A stretch of 60,000 nt of DNA, taken from the NCBI RefSeq assembly GCF_018977255.1, contig NW_024704743.1, positions 6,016,001 through 6,076,000 on the forward strand. Reading direction: 5' to 3'. Below are positions 13,906 to 26,074 of this stretch, piece by piece (the stretch's first letter is position 1; every line of letters starts with the position of its first letter). A program made the position numbers and the translations under genes. The notes beneath the pieces are model-generated. The model was not told where the DNA came from, did not search any database, and saw only the letters and a program-made list of their open reading frames with translations. This DNA is from Callorhinchus milii. Taxonomy: Eukaryota.

Positions 13906-14580
13906 TTATCACATCAAAACTGCTACGAACTGTGACAAATTTCACCCCTTCTTTTTAGATCACCCCTCCATAGGACATTTCATATGCTATTGTCAGCACA
14001 AGATGTGTTTGTGTGTCTTAACCAGAGGCCCCTATTAATGTTGCTCTTGAACCAGCAACTAGGAGACACCTACAAGTGAGCCACCCAGGATGTTTTCCCT
14101 CCTTATTTTTTCCATCCTTCCCATTGAGAAAGCTCTTCACATATATCTGAGAAATACCTTTGATGGCACGGCCAAGACCAGTTACTATCCATGCAGGCAA
14201 TCATAGGGACATTCTTCCACTCTGCAGCACTGCTTATAACATATTTGGTGAGGCTTTCTTATTAAATGATTTCATATGAAGCTAACCTTGTCTACTAGCA
14301 GTTCTCTCTCTGTCTGACAACAATTGAAACATGAGAGGATAGGAATAAATCAAATGAATTTTCCAAAAACAAACCAGAATCAAGCAAGAAATAAACACAT
14401 TAAATAGAAAAACAGAGTGATTATAAGCAAGGTAATCATAAAATTGGGGGACATTGCTGTCCATAATTGGCTACCGAGTTTCACCCACAAAATATGCAGT
14501 CAATCCACTTTACAATATATTCTGTGAAGCAGTTTGAGACATTTCAATTATATAATAATGCTACATCAACTGAAAGGCTT

Positions 14581-14914
14581 ATTATTATAATAATAATAAT
14601 AATAATAATAATCCTTGCATTTGATATAGCGCTTTTCACGTCGGGAGGACGTCCCAAAGCGCTTCACAGAACACACTGTAAAGTGAATTGACTGTATATT
14701 TGTGGGCAAATGCGGCAGCCAATTGCGCACAGCAATGTCCCACAAACAGTCGTGGATTGAAAATGACCAATTTATTATTGTTTTTGGTTTTGGAGGGATT
14801 ATTATTAGGCGTGTGGAGTAAGGAAACTTGCCCAAGGTTTCGCCCTGCCTGGAATTGAACTCAGGTCTCTCGCTTGCAAAGCAAGTGCTCTAACCACTGA
14901 GCTACAGGACTCCA
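14581..14914 (-). mobile_element. Full-length tRNA-derived SINE with L2-type tail (short-body subfamily); further copies 23777-24071(-), 36671-36977(-), 46118-46436(-)
   Basis: Head tggagtcctgtagctcagtggttagagcac (A box) and agttcaattcc (B box); tail stem-loop and (att)n. Confidence 0.9.
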
Positions 14915-15559
14915 CAATAAAATATTAATTGGCCAGTTAGCACTTTTTACCTTATTAATTTAGTTTCATTGAGACTGCGAGGTCTCACTACTACAGTACA
15001 GCATCCCTGGAAGGTACGCTTTGTAACTGATGCTGATAGCATCTGTTTTAACGTACCTTCATGGATGAAATTTAATGAAGTGTTAGATGAGGACCACTGA
15101 AAAGGAAAATTCATACAGTCGTTCAATAAATATAAATTTAGCAAAGGTTGAAATGAAGCACAAGTAATTTCTAATTTAATTATTTTGCCTTTTTGCACTC
15201 ATCAACGAAGCAATGAGAGATTTGAAACTTCATTCCTATCTTAATTGTAATCGCAAACCATTCAATCAAATCGAGCACTGAGCTTCCCTGATGGCTCGGT
15301 TGGTAAAGTCAAATGGCCAGTGCAAAAGTGAGCCCAAAAGATGCCAGGTTCAATCTGTAGTCTGTGCTGAGGTAAATAATTGCAGTCGAGGATCCAAGGA
15401 CACGACTATTGGTCTCAGATGCCCTGAACTATGGAGAAGAAAAGTCAGCTGCCTTTTCTGAATCTATAGAAATCTATAATGCAGTAAGAGGCCATTCAAT
15501 GAATGATATTGACAATTAGTGCCCATGATATCATACCACAGGAGTCGCTGAGCTCTTGA

Positions 15560-15800
15560 AAGGAGATGTCTCAAAGTTGCCCCGATAGAGGTGCATACCA
15601 TTTTAAATGGCATTGAAAAAGCAAACCTAGAATACTTTTGGATGCAACAAGGCAGTAGAATAAGAGGACACAGGTTTAGAGTTGTAATGGGCAATTTCAG
15701 GACAGACAACAAGAAATATTTCTTCAACCAGAGGTTAAATAATGACTGCAATAAGTTGACAGGAAGGGTGGTTGAGGCCAGGACATAAGACTTGTTTGAA
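15560..15800 (+). mobile_element. CR1 ORF2 C-terminal relic
   Basis: SRIRGHRFRV..FRTDNKKYFFNQR motif. Confidence 0.75.
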
Positions 15801-15814
15801 AAAAACGTTTCTCT

Positions 15815-16350
15815 TCAGAAGCTGCAGATCATCCAAAACTCTGCAGCTCGTGTACTCTCACACACCAGGCTCTGTGATCCCATCATTCCCACCCTCGCCC
15901 GACTCCACTGGCTTCCCATCCCCCAGAGGATCGAGTTCAAGATCCTCATCCTTAAGGCCATCCATGGCCTTGCCCCCTCCTACCTCTCTGACCTGCTGAC
16001 TCCCTAATAAACTGCCAGCTTCCTCCGTTCATGGGGCTCCGGACTGCTCCATGTCTCCCACCCGACCCGTCCTACCATCGGTGGCCGGACTTTCAGCCTC
16101 TCTGCTCCCACACTCTGGAACTTCATCCCACAGTCCCTTCGCCTCGCCTCCTCCCTTGTATCCTTCAAGGTCGGTCTCAAGACCCTTCTCTTCGACCATG
16201 CCTTTGGTCTCCCACCCACCTCTCTGCCTTCTCTCACCCCAACACCACCCCTCCCCCATGCTCGGGCCCCGACAGCTGACTGTTCAGCGCTTTGGGACTT
16301 CCTCCCTACGTGAAAGGCACTCTATAATGTAATTTTGTTGTTGTTGTTGT
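15815..16350 (+). mobile_element. L2 LINE 3' fragment
   Basis: LQIIQNSAARVLSHTRLCDPIIPTLARLHWLPIPQRIEFKILILKAIHGLAPSYLSDLL; (ttg)n tail. Confidence 0.93.
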
Positions 16351-16670
16351 TTAAAAATGCCAAAAGTTTTCAGAACATAATAGTACCTACGACTATCATC
16401 ATCAATGACACATGAACGATTATAGAAAGCTCTGATCTCAAATAAACTTGTACTGCACCTAATGTACAGAGGGCCAAAGATTTGAAGTGACCTTGGGACG
16501 TCCTGCCGATGAGAAAGACCCTACATAAATGTAAATTTATATTGTATTTTAATCAATGGCTTTCTAAATAGCGATGTCCCTGTTACTTTCTAATCTAATG
16601 CTAACAGTTTGTGTCTACTTTATGGTTTACACAAAACCCAGTGCCAAATGTGATGATCAAACATTATGTC

Positions 16671-16935
16671 AAACAACAACAACAACAAGATTCCATTTAT
16701 AGAGTGCCTTTCACGTCGGGAGGACGTCCCAAGGCGCTGTACAGTTGGGTCAGGACCCGAGCAAGGGGGAAATGGTCAGGGTGAGGGGAGGGAAGGGAGG
16801 GAGCGAGGAGGGGGTAGGGAGTCGAGAGGGGAGCTGAAGGCTCGGTCAAAGAGAAAGGTCTTGAGACCGGCCTTGAAGGAGGAAAGGGGGAGGCGGCGAA
16901 GGCACTGGGGGATAGAGTTCCAGAGCCTCGGGGCT
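16671..16935 (-). mobile_element. L2 3' end fragment
   Basis: APRLWNSIP..FKAGLKTFLFDRAF plus tail. Confidence 0.85.
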
Positions 16936-17815
16936 AACACAGGAATGTCTCCAAGTGCTGCAGGTACATTTTTAAATGACAAATTGGTATTATGCTGTTA
17001 AGTTACAGATCAGCCATGATCTAAGGAAATGGCGGGGTAGGTTTGATGGGCCAAATTACTTATTCCTTATCCTATAATGTCAGGAACTGGTTATGTGAAA
17101 ATAACAGCGAATTAGTATCAATAATGTGACACACTTCCCAATCCAATAGATGGTGTTGTTAGACATTGAAGCAAATAATAACTTTACACTGGTTCTACAC
17201 AGCTCATTATTATTATATTATTCATTGTTCATACTGTACATGGTGCATATCCACCTGAGCCAGTCAGAAATCCTGACGGGCCTTAAATGTTAAATTCTTT
17301 TGAACCAAAAACTGATCAATACATGCTGTTTATTGCATTCTGTCCTACTGTTTGCTAAGATTTCACAGTCCCCTCTGGCTTTTCCTTTTAGATCATGAAA
17401 GATTCGTTCTTTAACGAAGGCCAAAACATCTTTCCTGCCCAACCTTGCCTCAATGAATTCAAAACTGGACATGATGTTCAATACATTTCTGATACGTTTT
17501 TTGCTATCAAGATATTTGTCTTCATCCAGACAAATATTTGAAAAGGAAAAATGTAAAAGTTTATGAGGAAAAGGCAATGTAGAGGGAATAAACAGACAAC
17601 TCTTTCAGAGAGGCAACATAGGCACAATGAGTTGAATAGCCTTCTTCTTTACTGTAAAATTCTATGATTCTGATCTGCTTCTACAGTCTCGATCTCCACT
17701 GTGATCCTCATCGCTTTACCACAGCTTTAGCTTCTCTTTAAAGGGGCTGCCCAGGCCCCGAAGGTAGTGCAGAGGAGAGCAATGAAGATGATCCCCAATG
17801 TTAGAAGAATGAACT

Positions 17816-18620
17816 ACAACAACAACAACAAAATTACATTTATTGGGAAGGCCGATGAGGAGGGAGTTTCCATAATCGAGCCTTGATGTGACAAATGCGT
17901 GGGTGAGGGTTTTGGCAGCCTGAGGGGTGAGGCAGTGGCAGAGTCTGGCAATGTTGCGGATGTGGTAATAGGCAATGCCAGTCATGGCGCGGATGTGGGG
18001 GAAAAAGTACAGTTCAGGGTCAAACAAGACACCCAGGCTCCTGACTGGCTTAGTGAGGTTGAGTGTGCAGCCGTGGGGCTGATGCTGCCAGCGCCTGAGG
18101 TGCGGAGGCGCTGGTGCGGGCCAATCAGGAGGGCCTCGGTTTTGCTGACATTCAGATGGAGAAAGTTGTCCCTTGTCCAGGACTTGATGTCGGACAGGCA
18201 GTCAGGCAGGACGCCAGTAATCCTGGAGTTCAGGGTGAAGGCAGAGAGGTAGAGTTGGGTGTCATCCACATACATGTAGAAATTTACGTCATGTCTACGG
18301 ATGATGTCACCAAGGGGGAACATGTAGAGGATGAAGAGGAGGGAACCTAAAATACAGCCCTGAGGAATGCCGCACGAGATGGTGCGGGGGCTAGAGGAGA
18401 AGCCGTTTGCAGAGACGAAATGGAGGCAGTGTGAAAGATAGGACTTGAACCAGTCAAGGACAGAACCTAGAAGGTTGAGGTGGAAGGAGAGGTGGTGGAG
18501 GAGGATTGAGTGGTCCACAGTATCAAAGGCGGCGGAGCGGACGAGGAGGCAGAGGGAGCCTTGGTCACACATGGTCAGGATGTCATCTTTGAACTTGACC
18601 AGAGCAGTTTCCATGCTGTG
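17816..18620 (-). mobile_element. L2 LINE RT fragment with an internal 3' deletion
   Basis: ETALVK..SAAFDTVDHSILL..WFKSYLS..GIPQGCILGSLLFILYM..MYVDDTQLYLS..LNVSKTEALL (RT core). Confidence 0.93.
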
Positions 18621-18719
18621 GGCAGCATGGAGGTGGAGCTGGGATTTAAGGAGGGGGGGGGGGGGGGGGAATGGGGTCCAGGGAGCAGGTGGTGAGCTTC
18701 ATGGAGGATATGGTGTAGC

Positions 18720-19130
18720 AGCAATTAGACAAGCTGGAGCTCTTTAATCTCAAAATGTGATGCCTCACAGGGAACCTTATAGGAGTACATAAGATTTTAA
18801 ATGGGATTGAGGAACTGAAGAATAGTTTTAGATGCACCAGGATAGCAGAACATGAGGGCACAGGTTCAGAGGTGCAAAGGGCATTTTCAGAGGAGATACC
18901 TGGAAATATTTATATCACCAGATGTAATTAACCAACTGGAATGAGTTACCAGTAAAGGTTGTTAAGATTAGGATGCTGTCTGAATTAATTTAAGAATAGC
19001 TTGATGGTGTAATAGGAGAAATGTAGGGTGAGTATTCTGGAAGGATAAAAGGATAACATCAAACTAAAATAATAATCCTTACATTTTTACATTTTTGGTA
19101 TGTAATAATCTAAGGAATAAATGGACTGAA
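18720..19130 (+). mobile_element. Decayed CR1 3' fragment
   Basis: Remnant of LELF.L..RG.LI.V.KILNG..RT.GH.F..WNELP motifs. Confidence 0.65.
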
Positions 19131-19785
19131 GGATCTTTTTCTTTCCTCTCTCTTGGAACTGGGGCCAATTTAGACTTCCCATGCAGCCCCCACTGAGACC
19201 AGCACACAACTTGAATCAGGAGTTACACTAGGGAGCTTCTAATCCATAAGGTGTAGCTCTATCCATTACACCACCAGGGCTGTCCCAAGGAGGCATTTTT
19301 ATTTATCCTAAATCTCTCTTGTGATATTCTGATTAGCTTCAACTAATCATTTTTGTTGTGCCCGTTTGAATCTCTCTCTTACTCTCTTAATCACTATAAT
19401 TTATCATCTTCTGAATATCTATCCTAACACTGCCACCAAACATTTTGACAACTGGTAGACAGATTCAATGCCATCATGAAAATATTTAGTTGTTAGGTGA
19501 TCAAGAGAAGTTGAAGGCCAAGGGGAAAGTGGAGAAACCTAAGGGAAGATGGAGAAGACGTCTGAATCTTGGGAGAAGCCTTCCTAACCAAGAAGAAAAA
19601 TCAGAATGAGATAATTTTACAGCCCAAGAGGCCATTTGATCATTTGTACCTGCACTGGTTCTCTGAAAGTAAAAATGGAAGTAATGTCAAAGTCGCTCTC
19701 TGGTGTTAATAGCATTGCCTACTAGGTATTTTCTTATTTTCCTATTTGTGGGCTTCTCTATATATGTGGTTGGGTATCTTGGTTA

Positions 19786-20195
19786 GGTGTCAGTCTGGCT
19801 CACCGAGATGAACACTCACCTCTGAATCAGAATGTTGTGGGTTCAAGCTCCACGTCAAGACTTTGAAGGCATAATCCAGGCTGACATGCTGATACCATGC
19901 AGGGGAGTGCTGCATTGTTGGAGGTGAAGCCCTTCGGATGAGATGTTAAACTGAGATCCCATTTGCCTGTTTAGAAGGACATTAAAGATCCCATGGAACT
20001 ATTGGAAAAGAAAAGGGAGTTTATCCTGGTGTCCTGGCTAACAAACCCCAGCTAAAAACTGTTCATGGCTTTTTGCAGGACATTGCTATGCACAATTTGG
20101 TTGCCTGCAAAATACACAGTCATTGCATTCTATGGTAAATTCTATGAAGTGCTTTGAGATGTGTTCCTGACATGAAAGGTGTTATGTCAAAAGAT
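19786..20195 (+). mobile_element. Near full-length DeuSINE (SacSINE1-like)
   Basis: tRNA head with ggttcaagctcc; Deu core ggagtgctgcattgttggaggtg..ttcggatgagatgttaaac..aaagatcccatggaactatt; L2-type tail. Confidence 0.8.
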
Positions 20196-21417
20196 TTTGA
20201 CACACCCTCTTTAGATGACATGAAATGAACGGGTAAACTTCTCCCAGACTTCACTCTGGACAAAAACAGTCTTTTCTGTGGAAAATCCCAAATCAGAGAA
20301 AGTTTGGCTGAAATCAACAATTTAGCCCCATGAGTTAAGTGCATCCCATCACTTCAATGCACTATACCAGTATATTCCCCAAGATTGCTTACGGTAGGAC
20401 ATATAGATCAACAAAGACATAGACTTACTAATGCCAATGCAGAATTGTAGTGTGAAATTAAGGGGTTTTGCGACTGACTTTTGGGGTAGAATATTTCTAT
20501 ACAAATTACAACTAGTCTTGACTGTGAGAGTTTTTAAATAATAATAATATAATAATAATCCTTGCATTTGATATAGCGCTTTTCATGTCTTCTAGACGTC
20601 TCAAAATGTATAAATGTATAAATGGTTCAAAATGTAGCAGTGTTGCAAATGTTTAATATTAATCAGAACAGTTCTAGTTTGGTGACTTCTCCTCCAATGT
20701 GTATTCTGTAACTTCGCTCTTATCAAATGTCTTGTTAACTGTACTAACATTTGTTCTAAAGTGTCTCATTGAATTTGCTTTTATGCACTATATTTCGATA
20801 CAGACTGGTATCAAAATTGGGAACTAGTAAATTTGTTTGGATGTTTCATACTAGACAATACATTTACCAGTTGAGCCATTGAAAGAGCTCCTGAACTCTT
20901 GATGTCCAGCTACAAAGTAGTATTGGTTGAGGCAAGGAAGCAGTCTTCAATTTGCCCTACAGAGACAACAGAGGAGAACATTTGATTTTCTACTGATACT
21001 AACACTTCCCTCAGGCATCCAGAAACAGTAATTTGATCAATCACCTTATTGGACATTACAGCTTGCAAAATACTTGCCATGTTAACCTACAAAAACAGTC
21101 ACTAGACATATTAGTGATTACTGTGAAGTACTTTGAGACATTTTGCAATGATAAAGTACTATAAAAATGCAAATTATTTCTATCTTGCCTGAGATTGCAA
21201 AACATACATAGACCGTGATACACTGTGCATTTAAACAGGGAACAAAATAATAGACATTGAACACAGCATATATGCCGAATACATTGCTGGCTAAATGTTT
21301 CATTAAAATTTTTTATGGTTTGCTAAAGAATCAGAGAGATTCATAGTGGCATAAAAATATCATACGTGTATCAATGTTGCCTTCTCTAAAGGCGCTCTTT
21401 AAGAAAAAGCATAAAGG

Positions 21418-21760
21418 TAATAATAATAATCCTTGCATTTGATATAGCACCTTTTCAAATCTTTGAGACATCTCAAAGGGCTTTGCAGACTATACTCTAA
21501 ATTGAATTGATTGTATATTTTGTGGGTGAAATATTGCGCACAGCAGTGTCCAACAAACAGTCGTGTTTTTTTTAAAGAATTATTACCCCCAGAAAAGCGA
21601 TCCGCCAATTGACTAACAACCAGATTCTTACTTACTGGTAAGTAACCAAAGGGCATGTGGAATAAGGAAATTTGCCTGACATTGCACCCTGCCCGGGAAT
21701 CAAACTCAGGTTCTCTCGCTTGCGACGCGAGTGCTCTAACCAATTCGCTACAGGACTCCA
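21418..21760 (-). mobile_element. tRNA-SINE long-body subfamily; further copies 24355-24733(+), 27078-27546(-), 31553-31806(-), 35390-35762(-), 41912-42212(-), 53640-53958(+)
   Basis: Same head and tail as the short subfamily plus the internal block cagtaagtaggaacc..gttgttagtc.attgg.ggatcg.ttt.c.gggg.taataat. Confidence 0.85.
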
Positions 21761-23606
21761 TGCTGCACTGTTCAAATATTTAGAGATCTCTTCTGCCACA
21801 CTGAGGTCTACAACATGTTAGCAATATGATGGGAACTAAAAGTAATGTCACACTGCAGCATTTGTGAATACTTTAATCCTCGTCAATGATCAAATCACCT
21901 TTGTCAGTATAGAAACTGAAGCAATTTTCTGCAGAACTCTGTGAAACAGAATCAGGCTGCAATGCAAAACAAACATCAGTACGCATTCAGGCATTGCACA
22001 ACAATAGGGTTTCTTCACTCCAACAGGACATTATAATATGATCCATAGAGGAACAAGACATTGTTTATTCAGCTGATAGTAGTCATAATAGTACAAGCTC
22101 AGCCAAGCTTTGCTCAAACTAAGGCTTGAACAGACGTAAAGAAAAAAGATCAATGGCATTATCCTGCTTGTCAGGGTTGAACAAACAACACATTTCAAAT
22201 AACTTGCAAACAATAATCATTCTTACCAGTACTAAGTATTCACAACTGGTATTAGCAATGATTTAAATTCTGAAAGAGAGCAATATGTTGGTATTACAAT
22301 CTTACATCATAACATCACCTTATATTTCCTTTTCAGTCACTTCAGAATTTATGCAGTTATGTGGGTTATAAAACTGAGAGATCCATAAACCAAGAGCGAT
22401 TCACCATGAAGCATGTCGTAAAAACTCAGCTTGAAGCCTCAAAATACATAATTTTGTGCAAACTCATTCAAAAGGAGGTTTCTCCCAATTTTCTCCCCTC
22501 CTTTCTCTTCTGCTGATGGCAGCAGTGTTGGAAATGCTCAGCAGGCTGATCAGAAAGAAAAAGGTAGGTTTAGGTTTCTGATGTTAATGTTCACTTTACA
22601 ACTAGACTGAAGGAGCTGGAGAAGTTCCTTTCACAGTGCCATCAAGGCAGCTACTTTTTATTAAAAAAATGATATTTGCTTTTAAATAAAATAAAAACTC
22701 TTAACGAAAATGGAATGTGGGATGAAGTTAAATTTTTATTTTTATTCCTAATATTGTATAATTTTTGTTCACGCACCTTCTACTTTCCAGTAATGTGTGC
22801 GCAGTTAGTCTCTAACCAACATTGAAGGCTAAATCTTCAGAGCAGATGTGATAGTTTGATGAGTTTCTAGGGTACTATTCCACATCTTTGCTTCATAGAT
22901 TGAATGGATGAGATAAAATGAAATTGAAATTGAAAACAAGATAGTTGAAAGTACTATGCTCAAAGCTAATTAAAACCTAAAGCTTCTTTTTAAGATGAAC
23001 TATTAACTCTTAAATATACAATGGGTTTAAGATTTTTTTAATCAACTAATAATCTGCACTTATTGCATCTAGCACCTTCACATAGGTTAATGACTCAAAG
23101 CAAGAAAGTTATTTATTTCAAAAGAATATATTCAGAATTAATTTACGATTTATTTTGTCACAACTTCTCTCCTGGAGTTACTGATCATTGAAGGAATACT
23201 TTTCAATGGAGGCTATGACCTCCCATACATGTTCACCATGTATGATGATCGACACAGTGTTGACAGGTTATTCAACTATGGAGAGCACCAAACTCCAACC
23301 TGATTCTGCCCCACACACATGCACTTTCGAGCAGAGGTTGCTAGATACTCTAGTCACATTAAAGGATATGGGGAAAGAACTAAAATATTGGTATTACAGA
23401 ACACTGCAGAGTATCAGGCTAGTGGGGATGTAAGTTTAAATCCAATGTCACTGAGCTACAGTGCTATGCTTATGGTCTGCATGACATAGTAGCACAATGG
23501 GCAATGCCTTTACCTGTTGGATCATTGAGGGAGCTCCTTAGATTGTACAGAATCATTTTATTTCTGGTTTCTCTAGAAAAAAGTCTTCTCATAACAGGTT
23601 TAAGCT

Positions 23607-24343
23607 GATGTCAGTCTGGCTGTTGGTAGCACTCTCATCTTTGAGTCAGAAGGTTGTGTGTTCAAGCCCCACCTCAGGTCCTGAAACTCGTATAATTGGC
23701 TGACTCTCCAGTGAAGTGCTGCAATATTGCAATATTGCAATATGCTGCAATATTGGAGATCCTTTGAATGAGACGTCATAATAATAATAATAATCCTTGC
23801 ATTTGATATAGCGCTTTTCACGTCGGGAGGACGTCCCAAAGCCCTTCACAGAACACACTGTAAAGTGAATTGACTGTATATTTGTGGGCGAACGCGGCAG
23901 CCAATTGCGCACAAACAGCCGTAGATTGAAAATGACCAATTTATTATTGTTTTGGGTTTTGAAGGGATTATTATTAGGTGTGTGGAGTAAGGAAACTTGC
24001 CCAAGGTTTCGCCCTGCCTGGAATTGAACTCAGGTCTCTCGCTGCTCTAACCACTGAGCTACAGGACTCCACGTTAAACTGAAGTCTCATCTACCTGTTC
24101 AGTGGAAGTTAAAAATCCCATGGAACAAGTCAAAAAGAGAAGGGAGATTTCCCGGTGTTCTGGCCAACAGTCCCCCAAATAAAATTGGTAACTCACTCCG
24201 TGGTTTATTTGTGAAACATTGCTGTGCACAAATTAGCTGCCGCGTTCGCCTATAAATACGCAGATCACTACATTTCACTGTAAATTCCTGTGAAATGCTT
24301 TGAGATGTCACTATGATAAGGTCAAAAGCAAGGATTATTATTA
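23607..24343 (+). mobile_element. DeuSINE with a younger tRNA-SINE (23777-24071, -) nested in the Deu core
   Basis: Core atgagacgt[insert]acgttaaactg; ACGT appears on both sides of the insert. Confidence 0.85.
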
Positions 24344-25012
24344 CTCTGTTTATGTGGAATCCTGTATCTTAGTGGGTAGCGCGCTCGCCTCGCGAGAGGA
24401 CCTGGGTTTGATTCCTGGACAGGGCGAAATGTTGGGCAAGTTTCCTTACTCCATATACCTCTGTTCGTAGGAAATACGAAGTAAGTAAGCAGTAAGTAGG
24501 AACCGGGTTGTTAGTCGATTGGTGGATCGATTTTCCGGGGATAATAATCCCTTCCAAAAAAAAATGATTGGATCACTCAATCCACGACCGTTCGTGGGAC
24601 ACTGCTGTGCGCAACTGGCTGCTGCGTTTCACCCACAGAACACACCATCGGTTCACTTTACGGTATATTCTGTGAAGCGCTTTGAGACGTCTCGAAGGCG
24701 CGACGAGGCGCTGTATCAAAGGCAAGGTTTATCAGCATTAAGGTGTTCGGACGCCCCGGTAACCGAACGAGGTGCAACATTTCCTCATGACGCCGCAGAT
24801 TATTCCTTTCCCTTTGAGTTTGCAAATGGGGGGGGGGGGGGGGTGGGGGGGGGCGTTCTGATAGGAAACAAAAGTGCTTGAACTTAGATATTTTTAAAAA
24901 TATCTGTTTTCCACACAAGTTCTCCAAACACTTCTCAGAGGTGTTTTGCAAGGGGGGGGGGGAGGGTGGAGTGGAATAACGGGGGGGGGGTGGGAGGGCG
25001 CGCGCGGGGTGG

Positions 25013-25105
25013 GCTGGGAGTTGTAGTTCCTCCGCCTTCCCTCGACGGTTTGAAACGCCCGCCGCCCGCTGCCTCCTGGGACTACAAGTCCCGGCGTGCC
25101 CCGCG
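25013..25105. promoter_or_regulatory. Divergent pair of ACTACAnnTCCC (ZNF143/THAP11) motifs
   Basis: Minus GAACTACAACTCCCAGC at 25013-25029 and plus ACTACAAGTCCCGGCGTGCCCCGCG at 25081-25105. Confidence 0.8.
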
Positions 25106-25280
25106 TCGCGCCGCGCAGGCGCCCCGGACATTTCCTGGCGGCTGCGGGTGGCCTGATCCCACAGGCGGATTAAAGGCCGTGTCGGCGGCCGCCGCTCGAC
25201 GCTGACAGCCGCCCCCCCCTCCCCTCCTCCTCCCCACAGCAACCACACCTGGAGGACCGTCCCTCTGCCACCGCCACAGG

Positions 25281-25419
25281 GTATCGTGCTGAATGGTTTG
25301 ATTTGAGAGAGAGAGAGAGAGAGAGGAGGGGGTGAATGGAGCTGAGGAGGAGGCGCGGGGCCTGGAGGGCTGTCATGTCGGTGCGGCACTAACGTGCGTC
25401 TGTGTTTGTTTATTTACAG
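25281..25419 (+). other. ACBD5: Probable short 5'UTR intron of ACBD5 (non-coding exon ending 25280; next exon starting 25420)
   Basis: AGG|GTATCG donor, consensus-like branch point CACTAAC at 25387-25393, U-rich tract and TACAG acceptor ending 25419. Confidence 0.6.
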
Positions 25420-25516
25420 GGTACAGGTTCAGGCTGTCAAACCCCAGCGGGTGTGTGTCCTCCCCTCCCCCCCCCTCCCCCCCCACCCCACCCCCCGCTC
25501 CAGCCTCTGCGGAAAG

Positions 25517-25592
25517 ATGGAGGAGACCGAATCCGTGCACACCAGGCGGTTTGAAGCGGCTGTCAGTGTCATTCAGAGTTTACCTAAAAACG
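25517..25592 (+). CDS. ACBD5: Acyl-CoA-binding domain protein 5, first coding exon
   Basis: aagATGG start; MEETESVHTRRFEAAVSVIQSLPKN-G resembles human MADTRSVHETRFEAAVKVIQSLPKNG; donor G|GTGAAT at 25593 (phase 1). Confidence 0.93.
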
Positions 25593-25607
25593 GTGAATGC
25601 ATTTTCT

Positions 25608-26074
25608 TCCCTCTCACTCCCCCCCACTCTCTCTCTCTCCCCCTCCCCCCCACCCCTCACCTCTCTCTCTCCCCCTCCCCCCAACCCCTCACCTCTCTCT
25701 CTCCCCTCCCCCCCACCCTCACCTCTCTCTCCCCCTCCCCCCACCCCTCACCTCTCTCTCCCCCTCCCCCCCACCCCTCACCTCTCTCTCCCCTCCCCCC
25801 CACCCCTCACCTCTCTCTCCCCCACCCCTCACCTCTCTCCCCCCCTCCCCCCCACCCCTCACCTCTCTCTCCCCCTCACCCCTCACCGCTCTCTCCCTCT
25901 CCCCCCCCTCCCCCCCCCACCTCTCTCTCCCCCTCCCCCCCACCCCTCACCTCTCTCTCTCCCTCTCCCCCCCACCCCTCACCTCTCTCTCCCCTCCCCC
26001 CACCCCTCACCTCTCTCTCCCTCTCTCCCCCTCCCCCCCCACCCCTCACCTCTCTCTCTCCCCCTCCCACCTCT
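25608..26074. repeat. C-rich polypyrimidine minisatellite (unit about 28 bp, cccccacccctcacctctctctcccct)
   Basis: Directly visible just after the ACBD5 donor; source of the Pro/Ser-rich ORFs. Confidence 0.95.

Larger units (their letters stand above)
24950..25600. promoter_or_regulatory. CpG island / promoter of ACBD5
   Basis: GC- and CpG-rich with GC boxes, directly upstream of the first coding exon. Confidence 0.85.

Noticed and set aside
14840..14914. tRNA-like sequences with A and B boxes at many sites
   Set aside because: Each continues into a SINE body and L2-type tail, so these are SINE heads rather than tRNA genes.
21765..22215. Protein-looking minus-strand translations in unique intergenic blocks (also 12900-14290)
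   Set aside because: Stop frequency is near random expectation and I recognise no family; a tblastx against other vertebrates would be needed to revive a pseudogene claim.
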